Source of the DNA: an uncultured Planctomycetia bacterium
Lineage (GTDB): Bacteria; Omnitrophota; Gorgyraeia; 2-01-FULL-45-10; JAHFGN01
Assembly (NCBI GenBank): GCA_964354545.1
Contig: CAYHAE010000006.1
Span: 10,975-74,974, forward strand
Direction of reading: 5' to 3'
Length of the DNA stretch: 64,000 bases
In this document: in pieces, positions 47,711 through 57,202 of the stretch
Layout of the letters: every line of letters begins with the position of its first letter
Position numbering within the stretch: the stretch's first letter is position 1
The notes under the pieces: model-generated
The model's database searches: none
Told to the model about the DNA's origin: nothing
What the model saw: only the letters and a program-made list of their open reading frames with translations
Made by a program: the position numbers and the translations under genes

Positions 47711-47750
47711 AAAAAAGGGAGCATCGTTCCCGTTGGACGGCGTCTCCCTC
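47711..47750 (-). terminator. Probable intrinsic terminator
   Basis: Minus strand AGGGAG...CTCCCT followed by TTTTT. Confidence 0.55.
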
Positions 47751-47830
47751 ACACTTAAGCGCTCTTGAGAATATCGTGGGTTCTTATGCCTTCGTATCTT
47801 CTTTCTGGATCTATAGCCCGCTCGTCCGAG

Positions 47831-48283
47831 CTATTTATACGTGCTCAAGGCCTCCCATGTCCTCGGCCCCACAACCCCGTCTGCCCTCAGGCCGCTCGAC
47901 TTCTGAAATTCCCGGATAGCCTTTATGGTCGCGCGGCCTTTGACGCCGTCTACATCCCCGCGGTAAAAGCCGGCCTTTTTCAAGCACGCCTGTATCTCTT
48001 TCACCCTCTCCCTCGATGCGGGTGTTTTTGCTTTCGGGCTTATGTTCGTCCTCGTCCTCTCGGTCCGATATTTCACTTCCTCAGGAGCCTGAGACTTCTC
48101 TGAGGCGGCCCTCTCGAGCTCCGCCTGTTTTACTTCTACCCCTTCCACTCGAGACTCGAGTGTGTCGACGCGGCCCTGTAAATTCACGACCTCTTCCTTC
48201 ACTTTCTTTGGAACGCTTGCGCAGCCAGTGAGAACGCAGACAGTGAAGAGGGAGATGAGAACATATATGAGTGCCTTGTTCAT
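47831..48283 (-). CDS. Peptidoglycan-binding-domain lipoprotein (paralog of 44293-44745)
   Basis: Lipobox LTGC, coiled coil, PG_binding_1-like C-terminus. Confidence 0.88.
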   Translation of the reverse strand: MNKALIYVLISLFTVCVLTGCASVPKKVKEEVVNLQGRVDTLESRVEGVEVKQAELERAASEKSQAPEEVKYRTERTRTNISPKAKTPASRERVKEIQACLKKAGFYRGDVDGVKGRATIKAIREFQKSSGLRADGVVGPRTWEALSTYK

Positions 48284-48321
48284 AACGGCCCTTCCTTTCC
48301 CGCTATAATGACTATGGTGTG

Positions 48322-48350
48322 ATTATATAGCGTGGCATCAAAAAAGGCAA
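48322..48350 (-). promoter_or_regulatory. Putative sigma70 promoter
   Basis: TTGCCT-N17-TATAAT. Confidence 0.5.
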
Positions 48351-48355
48351 GAAAA

Positions 48356-49432
48356 TTATTTCAGGCGGCGCCGCATAGTCCTGTACACACTCGATGCAAT
48401 AAGGGCCAGCAATAGAAAGGAGGCCCCGTACTCGATGGTCGAAGGGAGCATCGCTCCATGCATCATGGCGTGCGGCTCAAGGCCCCGCGCGCGTACGCCT
48501 GTCCATATCTTGTCAAGGGCAAACCCCAATGTCACGCTCGCGGCGAAGATCGACCCCAGGTATATCGCCGCGGCCTTCTTGCCCAGCTGCGCCGCCACCA
48601 CCGCGATGGTGACCGTGTTCGTGGCAGGCCCTGAGACCAAAAATACGAATGCGGCGCCCGGGCTTAAGCCCTTCATCATCATGCTCGCTGCAATAGGGAT
48701 CGACCCGGTCGCGCACACATACATGGGCGCGCCTATCAGGAATATGATGATGTATGCAAGCCACCCTGCCCCGATAAGCCTTCCGAAGAAACCCGCGGGC
48801 ACGAAAAACGATATAGCTCCGCCCGCGATGATGCCGATGAGAAGCCACTGCGCGACGTCATCGAATAGGTCGACGAATCCATACCGGAGCACCTCGCTCG
48901 CTCTTGCCGTTATAGCACGTGTGCGCCCTTCCTCTTTACGGCAGCAGGGAGGCGTTTCAGCCGTTTTATGGTGTTCCGCGTGCTGCGCGGCGCGCTGAAC
49001 GACAGAGGATTCCTTTATAAATATGTTTGCGAGTATGCCGGCACATACCCCGGTCACGAACGAGGCTACAATCCGGTATACGGTAAAGAGCCCTCCCATG
49101 AGCGCCCACGTCGCAAATATGGAATCGACCCCCGTCGTGGGAGTTGAGATGAGGAACGCGAGGACCGCGCCTATTGACGCGCCCTCTTTCCTGAGGGAAA
49201 GGGCGGCGGGGATCACCCCGCACGAGCAGAGAGGGAGCGGAATGCCGAAGAGGGATGCCTTTATCACCGAGGCAAAATTCCTTTTTCCGAGATGCCGCGC
49301 GATCTTCTCCGGGGAAAGGAATGTGTGGATCAGGCCTGCGAAGAAGAAGCCGAACAATAGGTACGGCGCCATCTTATTCATAAGGACGAGCGATTCGGCC
49401 GCAATGCCCTGCAGCATATGGATGAGAGACAT
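48356..49432 (-). CDS. DUF318/ArsP-like permease (SO_0444 Cu/Zn efflux family)
   Basis: PLPLCSCGVIP, STPTTGVDS, PMYVCATGSIP, GPATN. Confidence 0.88.
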   Translation of the reverse strand: MSLIHMLQGIAAESLVLMNKMAPYLLFGFFFAGLIHTFLSPEKIARHLGKRNFASVIKASLFGIPLPLCSCGVIPAALSLRKEGASIGAVLAFLISTPTTGVDSIFATWALMGGLFTVYRIVASFVTGVCAGILANIFIKESSVVQRAAQHAEHHKTAETPPCCRKEEGRTRAITARASEVLRYGFVDLFDDVAQWLLIGIIAGGAISFFVPAGFFGRLIGAGWLAYIIIFLIGAPMYVCATGSIPIAASMMMKGLSPGAAFVFLVSGPATNTVTIAVVAAQLGKKAAAIYLGSIFAASVTLGFALDKIWTGVRARGLEPHAMMHGAMLPSTIEYGASFLLLALIASSVYRTMRRRLK

Positions 49433-49577
49433 CAGCGTTTCGCCTTCTCCTGTTCGTAGTCGATCGATCGGATAGGATACGGCATGACAATGCCTTCCTT
49501 CGCGCAGCGCTCGTGGAGCTTTTTAATTAATTTGTGCCGTCTGAGGGCTGATCCTTGAATTCTTTTTTCCTCAGAAT
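49432..49577 (-). pseudogene. Frameshifted C-terminal remnant of an MscS mechanosensitive channel
   Basis: ILRKKEFKDQ, then a frameshift into RHKLIKKLHERCAKEGIVMPYPIRSI; no start codon. Confidence 0.6.
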
Positions 49578-49586
49578 CCCCGCGCC

Positions 49587-50333
49587 TTACCCCATGAAAC
49601 TGAGAAGCAGCATGATCACTATACCGAAAACGATGGATAGGAGCTGCTGGAGAGATTTCCATGGCAACACTTCTTTATTGAGCTCCGGTATCAGGTCCGA
49701 ACCTGCGATATAGATAAAACCTCCCGCGGTGAAGGGAAGGACATAGAGGGAGAAGTTCTTTACCTGCGGGCCCATCGCGAGAGTGAGGAGGCATCCGAAT
49801 ATCGCGAGCGTCGCGCAGAGGAAGTTCAAGACCAGGGCCGTCCTGCGGGAGAGGCCGCCGTGAATAAGGATGCCGAAGTCGCCTATCTCCTGAGGTATTT
49901 CGTGCAAGACCACCGCAATCGTGGTCGCGATGCCGATGGGGATGTCTATCGCATAGCTCGCCCCGATGATAACGCCGTCGATCACGTTGTGGAGTCCGTC
50001 GCCGATGAGGTTCATGTAGACGACCGAATGGGGGCGATGCTCTGACTCGGGAAGGTGGCAGTGCCTCCAGCAGACGAACTTCTCCAGGATAAAGAAGGTG
50101 AGCATGCCCGCGATGACGAGGGCCGACGTGATGATATTCGAACCTATCTTCTCGTACGATTCCGGCAGGAGGTGAATGAACACATCTCCAAAGAGAGCGC
50201 CGACGGCAAAGCTCACGAGGAGGAGCACGATCTTCCTGAGCTTCTCCGTGCTCACGGAGATCGTAGTAACTCCGATGAGAGAGATGAGGCTCACAATGAA
50301 TACGCTTATGAGTGAATAGGCCCAGACCTTCAT
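49587..50333 (-). CDS. ZIP family zinc/metal transporter
   Basis: HLLPE, WRHCH, GDGLHNVIDG, HEIPQEIGDF. Confidence 0.93.
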   Translation of the reverse strand: MKVWAYSLISVFIVSLISLIGVTTISVSTEKLRKIVLLLVSFAVGALFGDVFIHLLPESYEKIGSNIITSALVIAGMLTFFILEKFVCWRHCHLPESEHRPHSVVYMNLIGDGLHNVIDGVIIGASYAIDIPIGIATTIAVVLHEIPQEIGDFGILIHGGLSRRTALVLNFLCATLAIFGCLLTLAMGPQVKNFSLYVLPFTAGGFIYIAGSDLIPELNKEVLPWKSLQQLLSIVFGIVIMLLLSFMG

Positions 50334-50337
50334 CGAA

Positions 50338-51507
50338 TCACGCTCCGCGGTCGTTGCCTGCCATGCCCTTGTGGGCACGGTAACACGCATCGAAATTCTT
50401 CACGAAATCCTCCAGAACCTTTGCGCCGTCGTAGAGATCTCTTACCCTTGCGTATTCGTCCGTGGCGTGCGCCTGGCCTCGGGCCCCGAAGCCAAAGCCG
50501 AGCGCCGGTATCCCGATCCTTTTAAAGAACGTGATGACCGTCGCGCCTTCGCTCCCCCTGATCTTCACGGCCCTGCCGTGCCCTACGAGCGTCCTCGCGA
50601 GGACCTTCACCAGGGGATGCGTCTTCTCGATCTCATACGGATCCTGTATGCTCTCCGCTTCTATCGCGTACCGTCGGGAAGAGCGCGCGGCGAGACGCTT
50701 TATCGCCGCCATGATCGAGCCTGAGTCCATTCCGGGGAGGAACCTCAGGTCCGCCTCGAACTCGCAGTAGTCTGCGACGATGTTCACCTTGTCTCCGCCC
50801 CTTATCGTGCCGATGTTCACCGTCGGACCCCTTAAGAGGGAATGAGGCGTGAATGAGAACTTCATGGCCTTGAGCGCGTGGATGATCTCGACCGACTTCT
50901 CTATGGCGTTCGTTCCCCTCCACGGGTAGGCGCCGTGTGCCTTTTTCCCAAATACCTTTACTTTACAATGTATGAGGCCTTTTTGGACAACGAGGATGTC
51001 GAAATCGTCGCCGTCGAGGATGAGCGCCGCCTTCGGCCTCACGATCCCCCTGTCAATGAGCGGGATGATCCCGGCCCTGCTGCCGCGCTCTTCATCGGCC
51101 GTGGCGGCAAAGACCACGTCGAGGCGCAAGAGGGTCCTCTCTTCCACGAGGCTCGTCATCGCCTCAAGGCATGAGGCGAGCGTACCTTTGCAGTCCGTGG
51201 CCCCGCGGCCGTATATCCTCCCGCTCCTCACGGTACCTTTAAATGGAGCGAAGGTCCAGCCGTTTCCCGCCGGGACCGTATCCAGGTGAGGGCTGAGGAG
51301 AAGCCCGTTCCCGCCGTCCATCCCTTTCAGCGTTCCGATCACATTGGGTCGACCGCGTGCGAACTCGTACGATCGGACGCGCAGGCCGAGACGCCTCAGA
51401 TACTTCGCCACCCATAGGGCGATCGTGCGCTCGTTCCCCGGAGGGTTCTCAGAATTGAGCTCGATCAGTTTCTTCGCAGTGGCAATGAGCCTCTTTTTAT
51501 TGACCAC
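50338..51507 (-). CDS. M20 metallopeptidase (ArgE/DapE family)
   Basis: HLDTVP, YGRGATDCKG, DEERGS, AHATDE. Confidence 0.9.
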   Translation of the reverse strand: MVNKKRLIATAKKLIELNSENPPGNERTIALWVAKYLRRLGLRVRSYEFARGRPNVIGTLKGMDGGNGLLLSPHLDTVPAGNGWTFAPFKGTVRSGRIYGRGATDCKGTLASCLEAMTSLVEERTLLRLDVVFAATADEERGSRAGIIPLIDRGIVRPKAALILDGDDFDILVVQKGLIHCKVKVFGKKAHGAYPWRGTNAIEKSVEIIHALKAMKFSFTPHSLLRGPTVNIGTIRGGDKVNIVADYCEFEADLRFLPGMDSGSIMAAIKRLAARSSRRYAIEAESIQDPYEIEKTHPLVKVLARTLVGHGRAVKIRGSEGATVITFFKRIGIPALGFGFGARGQAHATDEYARVRDLYDGAKVLEDFVKNFDACYRAHKGMAGNDRGA

Positions 51508-51515
51508 GGCATCCC

Positions 51516-52151
51516 CTATCGTTCCATCGCGAGGACCTTGACCTCGACCTTCCCTTTGAGAAGGTCATGAAATCTCTTTGCGTCGGCGGAGGAACCTGCG
51601 ACCTCGCCGTAGTGCATCGGTATGGCGACCTTCGGCTTCATCGCGAGCGCGGCTTCGGCCGCCTCCTCGGCGGTCATCACATAAGTGCCGCTTACCGGAA
51701 GGAAGGCGGCGTCGCACCCGTACCCCTTCATCTCGGGGATGAAATCGGTGTCGCCGGCATGGTAGAACCTTTTCCCTTCGATCGTGACGATGTAGCCGAC
51801 TTTGTGCGATGCCTTTGTGTGGAAGGGCTTATTCGTATTATACGCCGCCACCGCCTCAACGGCAACCCCCCCGAGATCTATCGAGTCGCCCGGCGATACC
51901 GCTCTCACCTCTTTACATCCGACCGCCCTGCGCACCTTCACCGCCGATGCCCCGTCGCAGACTATCACGGTATCTTGTGTGGAAATACGTTTGATATCAT
52001 CGAGCGAGAGATGGTCAAAATGGTCATGGCTCACAAAGATGATATCCGCCTTCTTAGAAGACCCCGGAAGTTTCCATGGGTCAAAATAGATCGTCTTGGG
52101 GCCGTCTATCCTGAAGCTCGCGTGGCCCAGCCAATGTACATTCTCTATCAT
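51516..52151 (-). CDS. MBL-fold metallohydrolase
   Basis: LGHASF, SHDHFDH, YHAGDT, IPMHYG. Confidence 0.9.
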   Translation of the reverse strand: MIENVHWLGHASFRIDGPKTIYFDPWKLPGSSKKADIIFVSHDHFDHLSLDDIKRISTQDTVIVCDGASAVKVRRAVGCKEVRAVSPGDSIDLGGVAVEAVAAYNTNKPFHTKASHKVGYIVTIEGKRFYHAGDTDFIPEMKGYGCDAAFLPVSGTYVMTAEEAAEAALAMKPKVAIPMHYGEVAGSSADAKRFHDLLKGKVEVKVLAMER

Positions 52152-52259
52152 TGCGGTCACCTCCCTGCCTTGCCCAGCTCCTTCTTTTTTAGATCCTCCG
52201 CGGTCTCGCCTTATTCGCATAATGGCCTGCGGCCATGGTAAGCTCGTAGAGGCCGGTCT

Positions 52260-53282
52260 TCACGCCGCAGGATAGAGCGCCCTCCCATCCAGGACCGTGC
52301 CGCACGCGGGGCATATGCCTCCTTTCAACCTATTCTCACGGATGCTGAACCCGGACCTCCTGATGAGCAGCCCGCCGCACTGATAGCAATAGGTATTCTC
52401 TTCCTCTGCAACGTTTCCTAAATATATGTAGCGGAGGCCCGCCTCTTTCCCGATCTCATATGCCATCCGTAACGTTGCGAGCGGGGTCGCGTCGACGTCC
52501 GTCATTTTATAGTCCGGATGAAACCGGGAGACGTGCCAGGGTATCTCTGGTCCTACGCCCGCGAGAAAGGCGGCGAGCTTCTTCAATTCCTCGCGCGAGT
52601 CGTTCATGCCCGGAAGGACGAGCGTCGTGACCTCAACCCAGATCCCCAATGACTTCATCGTCTCGATGGACCTCACCACGCCGCGCAATTGGGCGCCGCA
52701 GACCTTCCGATAGTATTCCTCGTTAAATGCCTTGAGGTCGACGTTCGCAGCGTCCAAATACGGCCGGATGAGTTCGAGCGCCTCCTCCGTCATATAACCA
52801 TTGGTGACGAACACATTATAGAGCCCGTCCTCCTTCGCGAGCACGGATGTCTCATAGGCATATTCAAAAAATATCGTCGGTTCCGTATATGTGTAGGAGA
52901 TGCTCGGGCACCCATGCCTCTTGGCCTCGGCGACGATCCGCTCGGGCGACATCCCGACCGAGTCGACGCCCAACCTCTTTGCCTCTTTCGCCTGGGATAT
53001 CTCCCAGTTCTGGCAGAATCCGCACCGGAAGTTGCAGCCTATGGCCGCGAACGAAAACGAGGCGGTGCCGGGAAGGAGATGAAAGATGGGTTTTTTTTCA
53101 ATCGGGTCAACGTGCGCCGCGACCGCCTCTCCATATGCGCTCGTATAGAGCGTCCCTTGTCTATTCTCCCTCACCGCGCAAATGCCGGATTTTCCTTCGG
53201 GGATCTGGCAGCGGTGACGGCAGAGAAGACAGGATACCCCGAGGTTCTCCTTCTTCGTATACAGCATCGCCTCTTTCAGCAT
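52260..53282 (-). CDS. amrS: AmmeMemoRadiSam system radical SAM enzyme
   Basis: DPIEKKP.FH, CNFRCGFCQNWEISQ, YTYTEPTIFFE, C-terminal Cys cluster. Confidence 0.92.
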   Translation of the reverse strand: MLKEAMLYTKKENLGVSCLLCRHRCQIPEGKSGICAVRENRQGTLYTSAYGEAVAAHVDPIEKKPIFHLLPGTASFSFAAIGCNFRCGFCQNWEISQAKEAKRLGVDSVGMSPERIVAEAKRHGCPSISYTYTEPTIFFEYAYETSVLAKEDGLYNVFVTNGYMTEEALELIRPYLDAANVDLKAFNEEYYRKVCGAQLRGVVRSIETMKSLGIWVEVTTLVLPGMNDSREELKKLAAFLAGVGPEIPWHVSRFHPDYKMTDVDATPLATLRMAYEIGKEAGLRYIYLGNVAEEENTYCYQCGGLLIRRSGFSIRENRLKGGICPACGTVLDGRALYPAA

Positions 53283-53983
53283 GGTGAGGCCTGTCCTCCT
53301 CCCGCGCGGTCCCGCAGCGAGCTCACGAAGCCGAGCGCATTGCCCGGGCAGGCCGAAACGCAGAGCCCACATTGGAGACAATCCCTGTCCTTCACGATCC
53401 TTTTGCCCTCTCCTTTATACCGGAGAGGCGAGATCTGCATGGGGCAAACCTTGGCGCAGAGACCGCACTCAGTACACCGAGCAGAATCTATCGTCATCGA
53501 CTTCCTTCTCGTGCCGATGAGATTGACGATTGTGCCGATCGGACAGATGTAGCACCAGGTCCGCTGGTGGAATATCAAGGCGAGTATGACTCCCAGCGCG
53601 GTGGTCGTGGTGAGGAGCGTCACAAATGCCTTCCCCATCCTGTCGAGGTCGGGCCAGCGCTGGACAAGCATGACAGTCATGATGGACATGAGGACGGAGA
53701 GGATGCCGATCCTGAACGGCATGCGTTTAATGAAAGGCGGGATCTTTTTTTGAGGGCTTGCGCTTTTCACTATCGTGTCGTAGAAGCTCCCCCTCGGACA
53801 TGCCCAGTCGCACCACGCGCGCCCCCGACCAAAACCGACCGCGATGCCTATGACCATGCATAGGGGTATGAAGTAACCGAGGAGATGCCAACGCCACCCG
53901 CCGGCGAGGATCGCGAGGAACAGGACGGCCATGAGTATCTGCTTTGCCCTCCGCCTCTTTGCATGTCTTTGATAGTCGGCCAT
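53276..53983 (-). CDS. Membrane 4Fe-4S polyferredoxin (NapH/YccM-like)
   Basis: Two CxxxCP motifs in the TM region plus two CxxCxxCxxxCP motifs. Confidence 0.87.
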   Translation of the reverse strand: MADYQRHAKRRRAKQILMAVLFLAILAGGWRWHLLGYFIPLCMVIGIAVGFGRGRAWCDWACPRGSFYDTIVKSASPQKKIPPFIKRMPFRIGILSVLMSIMTVMLVQRWPDLDRMGKAFVTLLTTTTALGVILALIFHQRTWCYICPIGTIVNLIGTRRKSMTIDSARCTECGLCAKVCPMQISPLRYKGEGKRIVKDRDCLQCGLCVSACPGNALGFVSSLRDRAGGGQASPC

Positions 53984-53995
53984 GGTCCTCCTACC

Positions 53996-54904
53996 TTACC
54001 TATTGCGCACCACGTAGGCGAACGCGCTGAGCGCAGCCTTCGACCCTTCTCCCGCAGCGATGATGATCTGCTTCTCCGGGATATCGGTGACGTCGCCGGC
54101 GGCAAAGATGCCGGGGACGTTCGTTTCGTTGCGGTAGTTTATCTTTATCTCTCCGAGCTTATTTTTCTCCGCATCCTTTGCAAATTGAGAATTAGGAATG
54201 AGCCCGATCTCTACAAACACACCCTGGACGGGGAGCAGCTCTTCTTTGGCGCCTCTTTGTATCCGTATCCCGTTCACCATCCTGTCGCCGAGCACGGCCG
54301 TTACCCGCGAGTTGTTGAAGACGGTGATGAGCGGGCTTCCCATGACCTTTTCTCTCATAATGGCGTCGCCGCCGAGCTTCGGGGCAATGTTGACGATGTG
54401 GACGTGGCGGGCGATCTTTGTCAATTGCAACACAGCGTCCAGGGCCGAATTCCCTCCCCCGATCACCGCAACGTCTTTGCCGGCAAAGAGAGGCCCGTCG
54501 CATGTGGCGCAGTAGGTGAGGCCCCTGTTCTTGAATTCCCTCTCGCCGGGGACGTTCATCTCCCTCGATTTCTTTCCGGAGGCGATGATCGAGGCGGCGG
54601 CTTCATATTCACCCTTAGCGGTCTTCGCACATACCTTCGCGCCTGCCTTCTTGAGTTCAAGGACTTCCTCGTTCTCCTTGACGGTGATGCCGAATTTTCG
54701 CATGTGGTCTTCGAACTTTTCCGCGAGCTCGGGCCCCGTGATGAACTGATATCCGGTGTAGTTCTCTATATCACCGCTCCACGCCGCCTGCCCGCCAATA
54801 TCGCCCGTGAGAACCACGAGGTCCATCCTCTTGCGCGCCGCGTATACTGCGGCCGTGATGCCGGCAGGTCCTGCCCCGATGATGATGAGGTCATGCATGA
54901 TCAC
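53996..54904 (-). CDS. trxB: Thioredoxin reductase-like FAD oxidoreductase
   Basis: GAGPAG, YCATCDG, GGGNSA, FAAGDVT. Confidence 0.9.
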   Translation of the reverse strand: MIMHDLIIIGAGPAGITAAVYAARKRMDLVVLTGDIGGQAAWSGDIENYTGYQFITGPELAEKFEDHMRKFGITVKENEEVLELKKAGAKVCAKTAKGEYEAAASIIASGKKSREMNVPGEREFKNRGLTYCATCDGPLFAGKDVAVIGGGNSALDAVLQLTKIARHVHIVNIAPKLGGDAIMREKVMGSPLITVFNNSRVTAVLGDRMVNGIRIQRGAKEELLPVQGVFVEIGLIPNSQFAKDAEKNKLGEIKINYRNETNVPGIFAAGDVTDIPEKQIIIAAGEGSKAALSAFAYVVRNR

Positions 54905-54916
54905 ACCCGCGTTGGC

Positions 54917-55153
54917 TTACAACTCCAACGCCCTCTTTATTCCTTCCTTGTCAAATCCTACGACGATCTCGCCGTCGATATCGAGCACCGGTACACCCAT
55001 CTGCCCTGATTTATCGACCATCTCCTGGACCTTATCAGGGTTCGCCGATACATCGATGTCCTCAAACACAATGTTGCTATCCCTCAAGAACTGCTTTGTC
55101 CTGATGCAGAACGGGCATGTAGGGGTGCTGTACACCGTCACCTTCTTATCCAT
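54917..55153 (-). CDS. Glutaredoxin-like protein (YruB/NrdH family)
   Basis: YSTPTCPFC, SGQMGVPV, VGFD. Confidence 0.92.
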   Translation of the reverse strand: MDKKVTVYSTPTCPFCIRTKQFLRDSNIVFEDIDVSANPDKVQEMVDKSGQMGVPVLDIDGEIVVGFDKEGIKRALEL

Positions 55154-55208
55154 CCAATCCTCCTTCAGAACGCCTGTGACTTAAACTCCGTGCGAGGCAG
55201 ACAGATTT

Positions 55209-55368
55209 AAAATTCTAAATATTAAATCCGAAATCCGAAATTCGAAGCTCGAAACAAATCTAACGCAAGGCACTTTAGCATCTCGAATTTCGATATTTGA
55301 ATTTCGGATTTAACATGCCTTTTACGCACAGTTTTGTTTCGGATTTCGTATTTCGTGCTTCGAATTTT
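55209..55368. repeat. Heptamer inverted repeat (AAATCCG/TTCGAAA type)
   Basis: AAATCCG AAATCCG AAATTCG AAGCTCG AAACAAA ... TTTGTTT CGGATTT CGTATTT CGTGCTT CGAATTT. Confidence 0.85.
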
Positions 55369-55372
55369 CTTC

Positions 55373-55849
55373 TTACAGCTTCTTCTTGAGCTTTGACAGC
55401 TGCATCAGGTGATTTTGCTCTTGCCCTATCAGCCCATCGACTACCGCGTGGTCGCTGTCCGGCACAACCTTTTTCATGCCTTCGTAGAAGAGGATCGAAT
55501 CCTTCTCGAACCCTATGCCCATCTCGATGGCCTGCACGTCGCTTTTTACGGTTCTGGCGATCTCCGCCCCTTTGTCCTTCCGGGTAAAGACGTAATCGCT
55601 CGCGAGCGCGTTCATGTATGCGAAATACTCTCCCGGATAGGCCTCGGCCGGTTCATACTTCTCAACCGAATCGAGTATCCTCTGGAAGATGACGATGTGC
55701 TTTTCTTCTTCCCCCGCGAGGTAGTCGAATACCTCCCGAGCCTTTTTTACTTTTGACCCCTCTGACACGGCGCGATAGAAGTCCCTTCCGTTCTTCTCGA
55801 TCTGAATCCCGCACTCTGCTATCTCGCTGCCTGCAAAGATATTTGCCAT
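55373..55849 (-). CDS. Ferritin-like/rubrerythrin-domain protein
   Basis: IEKNGRDFY, EEEKH, FEKDSILFY, QEQNH di-iron motifs. Confidence 0.88.
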   Translation of the reverse strand: MANIFAGSEIAECGIQIEKNGRDFYRAVSEGSKVKKAREVFDYLAGEEEKHIVIFQRILDSVEKYEPAEAYPGEYFAYMNALASDYVFTRKDKGAEIARTVKSDVQAIEMGIGFEKDSILFYEGMKKVVPDSDHAVVDGLIGQEQNHLMQLSKLKKKL

Positions 55850-55961
55850 GGTCTCTACCTCAAATTTGCTTTGCACATTTGATACTGAGGCAGCGCATGC
55901 TGCCGAAGTATCTTTTATATCCATACCACTATTCTCGAAGAGCCTCGCGTCTTCTTATTCA

Positions 55962-56357
55962 CTATTCAATCGCTATCTTTTTCGCGCTCTGCCACAACCC
56001 GTGGATATTGCAGTACGAAGAGGCGAGGATTGTGCCGGATTTATCCGTTTTGAGGACGCAGGCCGCTTCAGGATGCGTGTATATGGTGCTCGTATTGGGC
56101 CCTTGGACCGAAGCCCCGTGAGCGGTGAATTCGAACTTCCCGATCTGGTAAGGATATTTTTCACCATCCGGAAGAAAGTAGACACCTATCCACCCTATGT
56201 GATGTTCGGTAGTGTTTGGATGGGGTATCTCTTTCCCCACGCTTACAGTAACGCGAACGGGTTCTCCCTTCTTTCCCTTATCGGGTGATTCGACCGCCGG
56301 AACGTGTTTCTCTTTCTTCCAGTCCGCGGTCTGGAACAGGTCCTTTAAGTCCGCCAT
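55962..56357 (-). CDS. Superoxide reductase (neelaredoxin, 1Fe/class II SOR)
   Basis: EKHVP, HPNTTEHHI, YCNIHGLW. Confidence 0.93.
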   Translation of the reverse strand: MADLKDLFQTADWKKEKHVPAVESPDKGKKGEPVRVTVSVGKEIPHPNTTEHHIGWIGVYFLPDGEKYPYQIGKFEFTAHGASVQGPNTSTIYTHPEAACVLKTDKSGTILASSYCNIHGLWQSAKKIAIE

Positions 56358-56466
56358 CGCTTACCTCCCTTCCATGAGGACACGACCAAAAAGGACGCGA
56401 CACACGCCTACCTTCCTCTCGGATCGTTTCTTTGATTATGCGAATTGGAACCCCCGAGGATCCCTG

Positions 56467-56940
56467 CTATAAAAGGTCCTCGAACTTCTCCTCGTGCTCC
56501 ACTTCCTCTGCGAGGATATGGCACGCGAGCTGGTACGTCACGTGGTCCTTGCCCTGTGTCTTTGCCGCGATCTTGTTATAGACGTCGATCGCGCCCGCCT
56601 CCGCCTCGGTGACGACCTTGATCATGGCCTTGTAGTCATCGGTGGCTTTGGGCGGATTCGGATAAGGCGCGTTCGCGTGTTTCTCGAGCTCCAGGGGACT
56701 CGCGAGCGGCATCCCGCCGAGCTCCTGAATTCTATTCGCGAGCTCCCCTGCGTGCTCTGCCTCGTCCTTCGCGATCTCCTCGAGAAATTCGCTCATGTCT
56801 TCATACCCCTGGCCCGTCACAGTCCGTGCCATGTGCAGGTAAGAAAAATGGGCAAACCATTCATCGGCGTACGCCCTGTTCAGATCTTTGATCAGATCCT
56901 TCACATCAACTGCTGCAACCTTAGTCCCTTCTTTTCCCAT
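56467..56940 (-). CDS. DPSL/bacterioferritin-related ferritin-like protein
   Basis: AYADEWFA..SY, DEAEHA..LANRIQELGG, AIDVY, KDHVTY, EEVEHE. Confidence 0.85.
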   Translation of the reverse strand: MGKEGTKVAAVDVKDLIKDLNRAYADEWFAHFSYLHMARTVTGQGYEDMSEFLEEIAKDEAEHAGELANRIQELGGMPLASPLELEKHANAPYPNPPKATDDYKAMIKVVTEAEAGAIDVYNKIAAKTQGKDHVTYQLACHILAEEVEHEEKFEDLL

Positions 56941-57012
56941 GAGTATCTCTCCCTTTTTTATGTAGGTCAAAAAAATTGTGCGCTATCTTCCGCGGCAGCG
57001 TCCGCACTGCGA

Positions 57013-57180
57013 TCACTTTTTCCTTGGTTTCATATCTTCGCCGCAGCAGATGATGTCGCACTCCTCGACACAGCCGCATGCGTTATTGACGGTCACCATC
57101 ATGCCGCACGCCCCGCACACATAACGCTTCCCCTTTCTCGATTTCACCGCCTTGGACCTTGTCCTGGACTTCGTCGGAAT
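57013..57180 (-). CDS. 55-aa desulforedoxin-like Cys-rich protein (ATT start; alternative GTG start at 57147)
   Basis: KRYVCGACGMMVTVNNACGCVEECDIICCGEDMK; perfect SD AAGGAGGTGA 5 nt before ATT. Confidence 0.75.
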   Translation of the reverse strand: MPTKSRTRSKAVKSRKGKRYVCGACGMMVTVNNACGCVEECDIICCGEDMKPRKK

Positions 57181-57202
57181 ACCCTTCACCTCCTTTCGTC
57201 AT

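Noticed and set aside
47703-47830. SAM riboswitch or T-box upstream of the lrp-aminotransferase pair
   Set aside because: Only a terminator-like hairpin is visible; there is no aptamer consensus.
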